Below are positions 8,310-17,837 of a DNA stretch of 64,000 nt, in pieces. How positions within the stretch are numbered: the first letter of the stretch is position 1; each line of letters begins with the position of its first letter. The notes below the pieces were generated by a model that was not told where the DNA came from, did not search any database, and saw nothing but the letters and a program-made list of their open reading frames with translations. Source of the stretch: Candidatus Saccharimonadota bacterium (GTDB lineage: Bacteria > Patescibacteriota > Saccharimonadia > Saccharimonadales > Saccharimonadaceae); NCBI GenBank assembly GCA_030445265.1, contig JAUCSC010000001.1, positions 482,494 to 546,493 on the forward strand, read 5' to 3'. The translations under genes and the position numbers were made by a program.

Positions 8310-8981
8310 TTATCCGATGCGGTTTATAAGGGTAGGGTTGTCAGCCTTAGGTGAATGTACCGCTGGGCTTACCTCATATGCAGTCAGTTGCCCTGCAGGA
8401 TAGGCACGGAGCATATCATACAGTGAGCTCATGTCGCTAACCGCAGGGTCAAGCCAGCGTGCTTCGTCTTCTGGCTTAATAATAACGGGCATACGACTAC
8501 TGATTGATGGCATATCTGCATTTGCTTCAATCGTAACGATAGAAAACGTGCCATGCACAGCGCCTTCAGGATCTTGCCATGAACTATAGACACCAGCAAA
8601 TGAAAAAAGCGATTTATCTTTAGGCTGGGCATAATATGCCCGCTTTTTTCCGCTGCCATTGAGCTCGTAAAAGCCATTTGCAGGAACTAAACAGCGTCTT
8701 TCGCGTACGGCTTGCTCCCAGCTATGACGCGAAAAAATATTCTCCGAAGAAATATTGTACGTTTTATAGCGGAATACCGAATTAGTATCTTTAGCGCCTT
8801 TAGCAACGAGCCCCCACTTCATCAGCTTAATAGTAGTGGCGCCTTCATCGCTCACGATGACAGGTGCGCTAACCGTCGGACTGTAGTTGTAGTGTGGCTT
8901 AACGCCTTTTGGTAGGCCTGAAGTAAGATTAAAGCGATTGCTTATATCGGATGTGTCATATAACGCATATCTGGAAATCAT
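8310..8981 (-). CDS. SRAP-family paralogue lacking the catalytic Cys and His
   Basis: Aligns with 2484..3176 (RRCLVPANGFYE, FSFAG, RMPVI) but begins MISRY and has ISSRMP. Confidence 0.85.
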   Translation of the reverse strand: MISRYALYDTSDISNRFNLTSGLPKGVKPHYNYSPTVSAPVIVSDEGATTIKLMKWGLVAKGAKDTNSVFRYKTYNISSENIFSRHSWEQAVRERRCLVPANGFYELNGSGKKRAYYAQPKDKSLFSFAGVYSSWQDPEGAVHGTFSIVTIEANADMPSISSRMPVIIKPEDEARWLDPAVSDMSSLYDMLRAYPAGQLTAYEVSPAVHSPKADNPTLINRIG

Positions 8982-9016
8982 CTCCTCAGTATAGCAAAGA
9001 GTAGGAGAGCACGTCG

Positions 9017-9475
9017 CTACCAATCACGCATGCGATAAACAGCGATAATCTTTCGCTGAAGCTGACCGAAGTGTATATCATGCTTGAATACCTTCTGCTG
9101 CGAGGAAGAAGTGCTAATCGCACTATTTTCACCAATATAAAAGCCGACATGTTGGCTTACATTATCGTCATCTCGCCCCGCCCAGACAATCACATCACCC
9201 GGAACAATATCGTCCTCATCCACAAGCACCCAGCCCGACTCTTCGAGTTCTTTCACCGTGTTTGAAACGGTAGCGTGGACGCTTTTTAACTTACCAAAAG
9301 CGATCAAAACACTCGTCACGTAAAACGCACAGGCATTTTCACCATTTCCTATAACATCCGTCAGCGGACCATCATCAATACGGACGTAAAAATTTCGAAA
9401 CATTTCTGTTCCGACCGAATTATGAATCATTGCCAAATATGACTCAAGGTATTGCCGTTTGACATTTTCGCTCAT
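9017..9475 (-). CDS. NlpC/P60/CHAP-like papain-fold protein
   Basis: ACAFYVTSVL...PGDVIVW...HVGFYIG Cys-His pattern. Confidence 0.6.
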   Translation of the reverse strand: MSENVKRQYLESYLAMIHNSVGTEMFRNFYVRIDDGPLTDVIGNGENACAFYVTSVLIAFGKLKSVHATVSNTVKELEESGWVLVDEDDIVPGDVIVWAGRDDDNVSQHVGFYIGENSAISTSSSQQKVFKHDIHFGQLQRKIIAVYRMRDW

Positions 9476-9532
9476 GGATTTAGTATAACAAACGGAGTTT
9501 ACGCTGGATCACTGGCCGGGTAATTAAATAGC

Positions 9533-9946
9533 CTACTCGGGCATCGGCAGTATAGCGTACATAGGAGCACCAGGCAGTCGCTTTCTGAAACCTGATTTCG
9601 CCTCATTAATATTTGCATTATAGGGGAGGTTAATCCATGGGTCCATCCAGGCGTTTTGGTGCCTGACTAGATAATGACCGACAGGATACCGTTTTGATCG
9701 TTTGATCAGCACGATAACGCCCTCCTGATAAATACGCGATCTAATATGAGGTTTTATGTACTTTGGCTCATACCCTAAGCCGGCTTTATTGAGAGCATCT
9801 GCCAAGCTCTTGACCCAGAACCGTTCACTAGACGCCTGCTCGCTGCCCAACCTTATTTTAGCGTCCGTATATGAGATTCCGAGCACAAACGCGTAGCATG
9901 CGATCCCACAGCCAAAACCGTATTCTTGTGTAATACTTTGCTTCAT
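9533..9946 (-). CDS. Stand-alone peptidase C39-like protein
   Basis: Q..GCGIAC...GHYLV...MDP Cys-His-Asp pattern. Confidence 0.6.
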   Translation of the reverse strand: MKQSITQEYGFGCGIACYAFVLGISYTDAKIRLGSEQASSERFWVKSLADALNKAGLGYEPKYIKPHIRSRIYQEGVIVLIKRSKRYPVGHYLVRHQNAWMDPWINLPYNANINEAKSGFRKRLPGAPMYAILPMPE

Positions 9947-10230
9947 ATGTGAAGTGTAGAATTTATATTTTTATATACAAGTAAAAAAAATGAAAAAGTT
10001 TTTAAAAGCATACAATTTATTACGGGGAATGCCGGACGTGCTTCAGGAAGATTTCCACTCAGAACCAAAACCCGGATATATAACTGCGTCATTATCGTTA
10101 TACAGCTTTGGCGGATAGCCGTTCAATGCTAAAATCAGTCCTTGATAAAAGATTTCTTTTCCCGTTCCACAGCGTAGTGCAGCGGCGTCAGAATCTTGAA
10201 CCATAAGTATCTTGGTTGGAGAACATAGTT

Positions 10231-10557
10231 CTAATACCTAAAAATAAAGGCTAGCACTATAGCTACAACTATTCCAGTTATCACACCAAGCACGGTAAAC
10301 CATATAGGTAATTTAGTTTTCGATCTCAGCTCACTATATAAGCCGTGTATAGAGATGGCTAGAAGAACGAATACAAATATGAGATCAAAAAGACTCCATC
10401 CGTCTGCATATACATAGAAAAACTGTAAAAGTACATAAAGCGGAATAGCAAAAAAGAGCAGAAACAAAGAAATATAATATCTTTTACCATACTTCGCCTG
10501 ACGAATTTGCTGATTCAGGCGTTTTGAAACTTCGTCAGAAACTTCTTTTCTATTCAT
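10231..10557 (-). CDS. Small membrane protein (3 TM)
   Basis: Three hydrophobic segments in an AT-rich ORF. Confidence 0.6.
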   Translation of the reverse strand: MNRKEVSDEVSKRLNQQIRQAKYGKRYYISLFLLFFAIPLYVLLQFFYVYADGWSLFDLIFVFVLLAISIHGLYSELRSKTKLPIWFTVLGVITGIVVAIVLAFIFRY

Positions 10558-10730
10558 AACACAATCATAACAAATAAGTATTCACATAACCTGAATACTG
10601 ATTTGACTTTGGTTCGAATATATCGTGGCGGGGGATAGTGGATGTGCTCCAGGATGAATCAATACTACTTATTAACTAGCCTGAGGCAAATTTATAAGGC
10701 CAACAATCATAAAACCAGCAGGTTTACGAG

Positions 10731-11255
10731 TTATTTACCCGAGATTACATCTATAATGTGCAATAGCACAGGGTCAGATTTGGACGCCGCTTCTATAGAA
10801 TCCGGTTTAAAGACTTTCAGATAATGTATAAATGCCGTTCTTCTGTCTGATCTTATATATTTTCTTTGAAAATAAGATTTATGTCCCTTAGCCGTATTGT
10901 ACCAATTCTTTTGTGGCTCTAAAATATTCAGCAAAAGCGCTTCCATGCAAGGTGTTACGATAATTAACTCAACGTTGTGCTTATCGGATAATACTCGCGC
11001 TTCTTCAATTTCAGCGGCGGTTTTATCACCGTCAACAATCGCCACAACATGTTCAAACGAACCTGAGACAAGTTTTTGTTTATTTATAGCTGCCTGTACT
11101 ACTTCGGCAGGGGAACCTCCGTTAGCCGATTCTATAACTACACTATATTTAGCTTGATCAGTATATATGGCCTTTAATAGATGGCACCACGCCCTGTCGT
11201 GTCTTCCCTCCGTTTCAACAAGACGTGCTTGTTTTATTTTTTTATCCCTACTCAT
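10731..11255 (-). CDS. RloB-like (AbiLii-like) protein
   Basis: VETEG, NGGSP, VAIVDGD and TPCMEALLL motifs; directly downstream of an AAA_21 ATPase. Confidence 0.72.
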   Translation of the reverse strand: MSRDKKIKQARLVETEGRHDRAWCHLLKAIYTDQAKYSVVIESANGGSPAEVVQAAINKQKLVSGSFEHVVAIVDGDKTAAEIEEARVLSDKHNVELIIVTPCMEALLLNILEPQKNWYNTAKGHKSYFQRKYIRSDRRTAFIHYLKVFKPDSIEAASKSDPVLLHIIDVISGK

Positions 11256-11266
11256 CGTCAAGCTCT

Positions 11267-12436
11267 TTAGTAAATTTCCGGTATTCCGCCATACCTTCCG
11301 CTCATGTAATTAGCGAAGAAATTATCATCTGCTCTCGTGCCTTGAATTTCATCGAGGCGACTGACCTCCTGTTTGCCATCATTAATATCAGTTACATAAA
11401 TTTGATATTGCTCCAGTAGATTCAATACCTGGGGATTATGCGTACTAGTGAGCAGCTGGGCATTCTTCTTATTGATATTAGGGTCAATAAACTGAGAGAT
11501 TAGGTCGGCCAGCCAAATGGGATGAAGGTAGGCGTCAAATTCATCAATAACTGCGATTCCACCAGACGATAATGCTTTTTCCAGCTTATCCTTAATTACA
11601 ACTAACTGCGTAGTACCTGACGATAACTGATCAATATCCAAACCAAACTCTCCGTCGGAAGTCACTACCTCGACTTTATTCGTTTTAGCATTGTACCGGC
11701 TGAGGTTCTGATTGTACGTATGGATGGATTCAAAGAACTGTTCTGCCTTTTTCTTAGATTGGCTAAGCCTATAAAAGATCAGTTGAGCTTCCATTCCATA
11801 AATCGCAAAGTTATGTTTAGACAAATCAATATTTGTTACGACTTTATTCCAGTAACTTGCGATTTTAACAGCAAGATCATCTCCATATATCGCTGCTATA
11901 GCGTTCATGCTTATGTCTTCAAGCATTGTGGTATTCATTCTCTCAAATGATGTCTTTATATCCTCTTTTGACTTTTTAAAGTTATACTTTTTTTTCTTAC
12001 CGTCCCATTCTCTTGCGAATATAATTTTGGTCGACTGTCTCAAATTATTTTTACGTCGTACATTTAAAAGTTCAGATAATATTTTGGTACCCATGACCTG
12101 AACAGAATAAGTAAATAAATCATCGTCGATATTAAATACTACTTCGACAAGTGTCGGCACGTCTTTTGCCGTTGCAAAGGGCTCTATAAGAGAACTAACA
12201 TTGTTTTGATCCTTAACTGAAGCACTAAGTAACCATTTCAAAATAGCAAGCGTCCTTAAAAGGTTTGTCTTGCCAGATCCGTTAGGTCCTACTACTACAC
12301 CGACTTTAGAAACCCGCTCTCCTGTTGGTGTGGTGGCATATTTATTTTTACTCTTCGGCCGATTATTAACCAAGAAGGATATTACTGCCTCATCCTTGAA
12401 TCCTTTGAAATTGCGTAGTTTGATTGAATGTATCAT
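11267..12436 (-). CDS. AAA_21/ABC-type ATPase (RloA/AbiLi-like)
   Basis: GPNGSGKTN, LSSGT, IDEFDAYLHP, STHN and C-terminal YMSGRYGGIP. Confidence 0.85.
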   Translation of the reverse strand: MIHSIKLRNFKGFKDEAVISFLVNNRPKSKNKYATTPTGERVSKVGVVVGPNGSGKTNLLRTLAILKWLLSASVKDQNNVSSLIEPFATAKDVPTLVEVVFNIDDDLFTYSVQVMGTKILSELLNVRRKNNLRQSTKIIFAREWDGKKKKYNFKKSKEDIKTSFERMNTTMLEDISMNAIAAIYGDDLAVKIASYWNKVVTNIDLSKHNFAIYGMEAQLIFYRLSQSKKKAEQFFESIHTYNQNLSRYNAKTNKVEVVTSDGEFGLDIDQLSSGTTQLVVIKDKLEKALSSGGIAVIDEFDAYLHPIWLADLISQFIDPNINKKNAQLLTSTHNPQVLNLLEQYQIYVTDINDGKQEVSRLDEIQGTRADDNFFANYMSGRYGGIPEIY

Positions 12437-12685
12437 GTTTATAATTATATATTTATTGATTATATTGTCAATACATACATGATTTCGTATGAATAACCCT
12501 TATTTCTCTATTTTTATTGCATATAACAGTGAGTCGTGCGTATAATAAAGGTGTAGCGAAAAAACAAAAAGCATTAATGTGCGCGAAGTACGCGACACTA
12601 CCGTAATGGCGGATTCGGTGGTTGCGGGTATAGACCAAAACCAATAAGGTCGATTGATATCAATTTAAGTCTTAGGGGAATTAAG

Positions 12686-12862
12686 GTGAATGCAAATTTC
12701 GTGATTTACATCGACTCAGCAGGTCATTACCGTTGGCGACTTGTCGCTATGAATGGTGAGAAGATTGCTTCCAGTGGTGAATCATTTTACGATAAAGCGG
12801 GTGCAAAACGCGCCGCCGAACTTGTAAAAGCTTACGCTGGATCAGCCAGTATCGACACATAA
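12686..12862 (+). CDS. DUF1508 (YegP-like) protein (not in ORF track)
   Basis: From GTG: NANFVIYIDSAGHYRWRLVAMNGEKIASSGESFYDKAGAKRAAELVK; AGGGG SD; terminator downstream. Confidence 0.85.
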   Translation: MNANFVIYIDSAGHYRWRLVAMNGEKIASSGESFYDKAGAKRAAELVKAYAGSASIDT

Positions 12863-12924
12863 ATTTTTTACGTAATCGTTCTATCTATTATCTATACGAA
12901 AAGATTAATGCTTACGTAAACCAC

Positions 12925-12955
12925 GAAGGCACCCCACGGGGTGCCCTTCTTTTTT
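12925..12955 (+). terminator. Intrinsic terminator
   Basis: GGCACCCC-AC-GGGGTGCC hairpin followed by a T run. Confidence 0.75.
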
Positions 12956-13008
12956 ATAATAGCAAATACTGATAGACTTAGGTATTTTTAGGAGTATTGT
13001 TGTGAGTA

Positions 13009-13140
13009 ATGGAAAATAATTTACAAATAAATTACTGCTTATACGCAACGAGGTCGACAGAGTCCGACGAACGTCAGACAATGAGTATTGGATCTCAAAT
13101 CAAGGAAATGACGATTCTATATAACATCTGCTGGGGATGA
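13009..13140 (+). pseudogene. Truncated large serine recombinase (N-terminal catalytic fragment)
   Basis: MENNLQINYCLYATRSTESDERQTMSIGSQIKEM resembles the Y-x-R-x-S...Q..S...Q resolvase start; ends after 43 aa inside a tRNA-like 3' sequence. Confidence 0.7.
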
Positions 13141-13165
13141 GGGACTGACTTCAGTTCATTTCTCT

Positions 13166-13240
13166 TGGCTGGGATGGAGGGATTCGAACCCCCGAATGCC
13201 AGGACCAGAACCTGGTGCCTTACCACTTGGCGACATCCCA
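13166..13240 (-). tRNA. tRNA-Gln(CTG)
   Basis: Acceptor TGGGATG/CATCCCA; anticodon arm CCAGG-TTCTGGT-CCTGG; GGTTCGAATCC; encoded CCA. Confidence 0.95.
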
Positions 13241-13301
13241 TTATAGCCAAGAGAGATAAACTGAATCATATTATTAATAGTTATTCGGTCACGTTCCGCG
13301 A

Positions 13302-13353
13302 CCCCGAATGCCAGGACCAGAACCTGGTGCCTTACCACTTGGCGACATCCCCA
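13302..13353 (-). repeat. Duplicated 5' part of tRNA-Gln
   Basis: 13302-13351 is identical to 13190-13239 (50 nt); the copy stops in the T-stem. Confidence 0.9.
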
Positions 13354-13456
13354 GTGCTCGGTGATGTATTATAACCTAATATATACCTTGTCTCAATGGT
13401 CAAGCTTGCAGTCAAACCAAGGATAAAATATGGTAGTGTCAGAATACGGAGGACCT

Positions 13457-13918
13457 ATGGAAGCAAAAGAAGCTTATGAAGTTGCGACAACTATTGCAGA
13501 ACATCAACACGAAGCAGAAGTTCAGGCTATGATCAAAGAAGAAATAGTAGATGATCATGAACTAGAGCGACGAGCATTTGAATTTAAAGTCAAAGCTGAC
13601 CGGCTCATCCTGCACGCAATGCACCGAGGCGAATATTCGGCGACCATCGTCCACACTGAACTGGCAGAGCCGTACGCTATATCAGAAGAGGCAGCACAGG
13701 AATGCCAGCTGAATTGGGACGCGCTCAACCTTGCTATCGATCGGCTCCAGGCTGAAGGCTACAAGACTGAAGGCGTAGGGATGCGCGGCTACGAAGGATC
13801 AGCTCCTGACACCTGGACGCAAGAAACAAAGATTTATTGGTCAATGTCTGAAATAAGTAACCCAAAGGCTACATTTAAGCAAAAGCTGATTGCATTGCTC
13901 GAGCGACTACCTGATTAA
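13457..13918 (+). CDS. Hypothetical protein
   Basis: Acidic ORF; GGAGG SD before ATG 13457. Confidence 0.6.
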   Translation: MEAKEAYEVATTIAEHQHEAEVQAMIKEEIVDDHELERRAFEFKVKADRLILHAMHRGEYSATIVHTELAEPYAISEEAAQECQLNWDALNLAIDRLQAEGYKTEGVGMRGYEGSAPDTWTQETKIYWSMSEISNPKATFKQKLIALLERLPD

Positions 13919-13957
13919 TGCCGCTGTGTAATGGTCACGTTTTGCTAAACTAGATGC

Positions 13958-14536
13958 ATGATAGCCCGTACGCATGACCTTGCTTCCTTTACCGCATTAA
14001 GTGCCGTTTTCTTCCTTACCGTTCCGAACGGTCTGACGCTTTCGACGGTCATCGTGGCGCTGATCGCCAATATTATCGGTGGCATTACGCCGGATATTGA
14101 TCAACCGACCGCACCATTCTGGCGCAACTTGCCCATTGGCAAATACTTCGGCCGAGCATTTGGCATGCTGACGGGTGGACACCGCTTTTTGACGCATTCA
14201 TTCATCGGCGTTGCCATCGCAGCATTCCTAGTATGGAACTTCCTTCGCTTTTTATCCCCAATAATACCGACTGTCGATATATTTATTGTCTGGATTAGCT
14301 TCCTGATTGGTGTGCTGTCTCATCTTTTCATGGATATGTTTACGAAAGAGGGGGTACCGTTACTGCTGCCCATACCCATAAAGTTTGGGTTTCCACCGCT
14401 CAAACGGCTCCGCATCACGACGGGCAAAAAGCTAGAAATGTACATCGTGATACCACTGCTGATTGCCCTAAACGTATACCTATATCTCTTATTCTACGGC
14501 GACGTAGTGACGTTCCTGCACAGTATAAAGTTGTAG
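13958..14536 (+). CDS. Metal-dependent membrane hydrolase (YdjM/DUF457 family)
   Basis: RTH, PDID, HRFLTHS and SHLFMDMFTKEGVPLL motifs. Confidence 0.87.
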   Translation: MIARTHDLASFTALSAVFFLTVPNGLTLSTVIVALIANIIGGITPDIDQPTAPFWRNLPIGKYFGRAFGMLTGGHRFLTHSFIGVAIAAFLVWNFLRFLSPIIPTVDIFIVWISFLIGVLSHLFMDMFTKEGVPLLLPIPIKFGFPPLKRLRITTGKKLEMYIVIPLLIALNVYLYLLFYGDVVTFLHSIKL

Positions 14537-14731
14537 TGCTGCGGCAGAAACCGTGCCCTAAAATATGCCGAGATCCTAGACAAAGAATACGGCTTGTGCT
14601 ATAGTAATTATATTGCATCCGAATGGATACCGTCTCTATTGGTCTATCAGACAAAAATAGATATCAAAATGGTTCTCACTGTTCGTCTGCAGACGATATC
14701 ACTTATAACCCCCAGAAAGGGGCTACAACAC

Positions 14732-15952
14732 ATGGCATCAGCCTTCTCGAGTCGACGGACTAGTCGACCAACATCACGCCCAGGTGTGCGTTCATTTTCA
14801 CCTAATAATCGAAGTAACCGCAGCGGCAATCGCGGCGCGGCTTATATTCACCCAAGCAAATTTATTAACAAGGCCGTCGCTGCGGCCGATGAAGTAATAT
14901 ATGAGTCCAAGCACCAGTTTAGCGATTTTCCGTTCAACAGCGTTCTCGCTCAGAATATTGTTCGCAAAGGCTACGTTACGCCGAGCGCTATCCAAGACCA
15001 GACGATTCCATACATCTTGGACGGCAAAGACGTTATCGGTCTCGCTAATACCGGCACCGGAAAGACTGCAGCCTTCGTACTGCCGATCATCGAACGTCTT
15101 TCAAACAATGGCTTACAGCCAAGTGTGCTTATCATGGCTCCGACCCGCGAGCTTGCTCAGCAGATCGATGAAGAGTTTAGGACATTTGCGTCCGGCATGA
15201 AGCTTTTTTCAACCATCGTCGTTGGTGGTATGAACATTGAGCGTCAGATCCGCGATTTGAAGCGGCACCCACACGTCGTCATCGGTACACCGGGACGTCT
15301 GAAGGACCTTATGAATCGCCGAGCGCTTGACCTCAGCTTTATTTCAACACTCGTGTTGGATGAAGCCGACCGCATGCTCGACATGGGCTTCATTAACGAC
15401 ATCAAGACGATCTTGGCTCAAACACCTTCAAATCGTCAGACGTTGTTCTTTAGCGCTACTATAACGCCGACCATACAGACGCTTGTACAGCAGTTCCTCA
15501 ATGACCCAATCACGGTATCGGTACGAACCGCTGAAACCAGCGAACATGTCGAACAAGACATCGTACAGACGAATAGCAAAGAGGAAAAGCTTGACCGACT
15601 CGTTGAAATGCTTGGCGAAAGCGAATACGAAAAAGTCCTGATCTTTGGTGAAACGAAGTACGGCGTCCAACGCTTGTCTGATCATTTGACAAAAGTTGGC
15701 CATCCATCTGCTGCTATCCACGGCAACAAATCACAGTCTCAGCGTCAAAAAGCCCTCAACAGCTTTAAGAAGCACGAAGTAAAAGTACTGGTTGCGACCG
15801 ACGTCGCTGCTCGTGGTCTCGACATTCCAAATGTCAGCCACGTTATCAACTTTGACCAACCGGCAACATACGAAGACTACATTCACCGTATCGGTCGAAC
15901 TGGCCGTGGTGGCGCCAAGGGCAAAGCACTGACTTTTGTCTCGCATCGCTAA
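14732..15952 (+). CDS. DEAD-box RNA helicase
   Basis: TGTGKT, PTRELA, DEAD, SAT and HRIGRTGR; AGAAAGGGG SD before ATG 14732. Confidence 0.95.
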   Translation: MASAFSSRRTSRPTSRPGVRSFSPNNRSNRSGNRGAAYIHPSKFINKAVAAADEVIYESKHQFSDFPFNSVLAQNIVRKGYVTPSAIQDQTIPYILDGKDVIGLANTGTGKTAAFVLPIIERLSNNGLQPSVLIMAPTRELAQQIDEEFRTFASGMKLFSTIVVGGMNIERQIRDLKRHPHVVIGTPGRLKDLMNRRALDLSFISTLVLDEADRMLDMGFINDIKTILAQTPSNRQTLFFSATITPTIQTLVQQFLNDPITVSVRTAETSEHVEQDIVQTNSKEEKLDRLVEMLGESEYEKVLIFGETKYGVQRLSDHLTKVGHPSAAIHGNKSQSQRQKALNSFKKHEVKVLVATDVAARGLDIPNVSHVINFDQPATYEDYIHRIGRTGRGGAKGKALTFVSHR

Positions 15953-15971
15953 ACCCAGGTAAACTAGGTAA

Positions 15972-17276
15972 ATGCCTCAGAAATCCTTGCCAATCGTGAC
16001 TGTTACCCTCGATAAAATTGTCGGGGGTGGACAGGCATTGGCAACGATGGACGATGGCCGTAAAATCTTTGTGTGGGGAGGTCTGCCCGGCGAACAAGTC
16101 GAGGTCCAGCTTACCAAGCGTAAGTCGAAGCTCGCCGAAGGGGTCGTTATCAATGTCCTCACAGTGAGCGATGAACGCATTAAGCCAACGGACGCCGATA
16201 GCTATATGTCGACGAGCCCGTGGCAGATTATGTCATTTGACGCCGAGCAGCGCTACAAGTCTGCACTTATCGAAGAGGCCTTTGAGCTTCATGACATCGT
16301 ATTGCCCGATCCAATCGCCATGTACTCCGACGAACGGATCTTTGAATACCGCAACAAGATAGAGTACAGCTTTTGGTGGGATAATGAGCGGGATCAGCTT
16401 GATCTCGCTTTTTTCCGCCGCGGCACGCATGGCAAGATCGCCATCGAAAAAACCAGCCTCGCTTCGACCGAGATTACTGCCGCCTCTCAGCGGCTGCTTG
16501 AACTTCTACGCAACAAGCAGGTCAATGGGTTCTCATTGAAAACGCTCCTTGTGCGCAGCGCGCGCAGTGGTGCCGTCAGTATGCAGCTGTATGTCAAAGA
16601 CAAAGATGCAATAATCTTTGATGCGAACGACTTTACGAGACTCGATGTACAGGGCTTTGAAATCATTTACTCCAACCCAAAAAGCCCCGCCAGTGTCATT
16701 ACCGAACGCTTGGTCGCCTTTGGCAGCACGACCTTAATTGACACCATCCTCGATATTTCATATCGCTACAGTACCGAAAGTTTTTTTCAAATTAATCTGC
16801 CGGTCTACGAGCAAGCACTGCATGATATGAAAGAGTGGGTCCAGGCCGATAAACCAACTGTTGATTTATATAGTGGGGTAGGAACGATTGGGCTTTCGAT
16901 TGGGAGCAGTCCGCTCACCCTCGTAGAAATAAACGAATCGGCAGTCGACGAAATGAAGGCAAATATTAGTGAGCTTGAAAGGTCCGACTCCGCCACGGCC
17001 ATTCTCGCCGCCAGTGAGAATGCCCTCGATTACATCGATAATGAATCATTGATTATTGTTGACCCGCCACGCGCCGGTCTACATGACGACGTCATCGCAA
17101 AGTTGTTAGATGAGAAACCCGAGCGCATCATATACTTATCTTGTAATCCAGTGACACAGGCACGAGATGTCATGAAGCTCGCCGATACGTACGGCATTCG
17201 CTGGCACCGCGGCTATAACTTCTTTCCGCGTACCCCACACATCGAGCACCTTGTCATACTCGACAAGAAGGCTTAG
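15972..17276 (+). CDS. RNA (uracil-5)-methyltransferase, RlmD/RumA/TrmA family with TRAM domain
   Basis: SFFQIN, DLYSGVGTIG, VDPPRAG, YLSCNP and FPRTPHIE. Confidence 0.9.
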   Translation: MPQKSLPIVTVTLDKIVGGGQALATMDDGRKIFVWGGLPGEQVEVQLTKRKSKLAEGVVINVLTVSDERIKPTDADSYMSTSPWQIMSFDAEQRYKSALIEEAFELHDIVLPDPIAMYSDERIFEYRNKIEYSFWWDNERDQLDLAFFRRGTHGKIAIEKTSLASTEITAASQRLLELLRNKQVNGFSLKTLLVRSARSGAVSMQLYVKDKDAIIFDANDFTRLDVQGFEIIYSNPKSPASVITERLVAFGSTTLIDTILDISYRYSTESFFQINLPVYEQALHDMKEWVQADKPTVDLYSGVGTIGLSIGSSPLTLVEINESAVDEMKANISELERSDSATAILAASENALDYIDNESLIIVDPPRAGLHDDVIAKLLDEKPERIIYLSCNPVTQARDVMKLADTYGIRWHRGYNFFPRTPHIEHLVILDKKA

Positions 17277-17761
17277 TTCGTGCGGATACGACGATAGGCG
17301 AACTTCGTCGCAAGTCGCCATTTGCCCGTGTTGTCGCTATCGAACTGAAAAATCTCACCATTCTTTACTTCGCTGATAAGCACCAGCCCAGGGTTGTACG
17401 GTGCCAAGGTCCGATAAAACTCAAGATCATCGTTTGACGCCTGAGTCCTGCCGGGAAATACTTCACGGAACTTAACGACGGCTACTTCATCAAAATACTG
17501 AGGACGGCCTTTTGGCGGTATATACAGTTCGGCTTTAAGCCCGACGCGGGAAATAATCTTCTTCACATCAGCCAAAAGTATTTTAGCTTTATTATCTGTA
17601 TAGATATAAAGCTGTTTTTTTGTGGTCAAAAAAATAGTCGCCGTACCAGTGCGGCTAATTGGGAAATGGCGAATAATTGCCGAGTCGATGGTCAGGTCGA
17701 GACCAAACTGTGCCTTAATCAAGCGCTCGAGCTCGATATCGTCGTAAATTTCACTCTCCAT
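17273..17761 (-). CDS. Hypothetical protein
   Basis: 162-aa ORF with a leaderless-type -10 upstream. Confidence 0.7.
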   Translation of the reverse strand: MESEIYDDIELERLIKAQFGLDLTIDSAIIRHFPISRTGTATIFLTTKKQLYIYTDNKAKILLADVKKIISRVGLKAELYIPPKGRPQYFDEVAVVKFREVFPGRTQASNDDLEFYRTLAPYNPGLVLISEVKNGEIFQFDSDNTGKWRLATKFAYRRIRTN

Positions 17762-17837
17762 GTGTGCTCATATTGTATCACCCCAAAGGGGAAACTCATA
17801 AACACGCCGCTAGTCAGCTAGCGTATAATAGGCAGTA

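Larger units (their letters stand above)
10626..13144. mobile_element. Degraded AT-rich integrative islet at the tRNA-Gln 3' end
   Basis: Visibly lower GC; carries a defence-like pair and a serine recombinase relic; tRNA-3'-like sequence at 13129-13144 and a weaker one at 10626-10641. Confidence 0.5.

Noticed and set aside
9990-10204. Two short opposing ORFs (~42 and ~53 aa) between the C39-like and membrane genes
   Set aside because: No recognisable motif or clear SD; neither can be supported.
13156-13374. ORFs 13156..13338 and 13165..13374 (likewise 39429..39743)
   Set aside because: They are translations of tRNA sequence.
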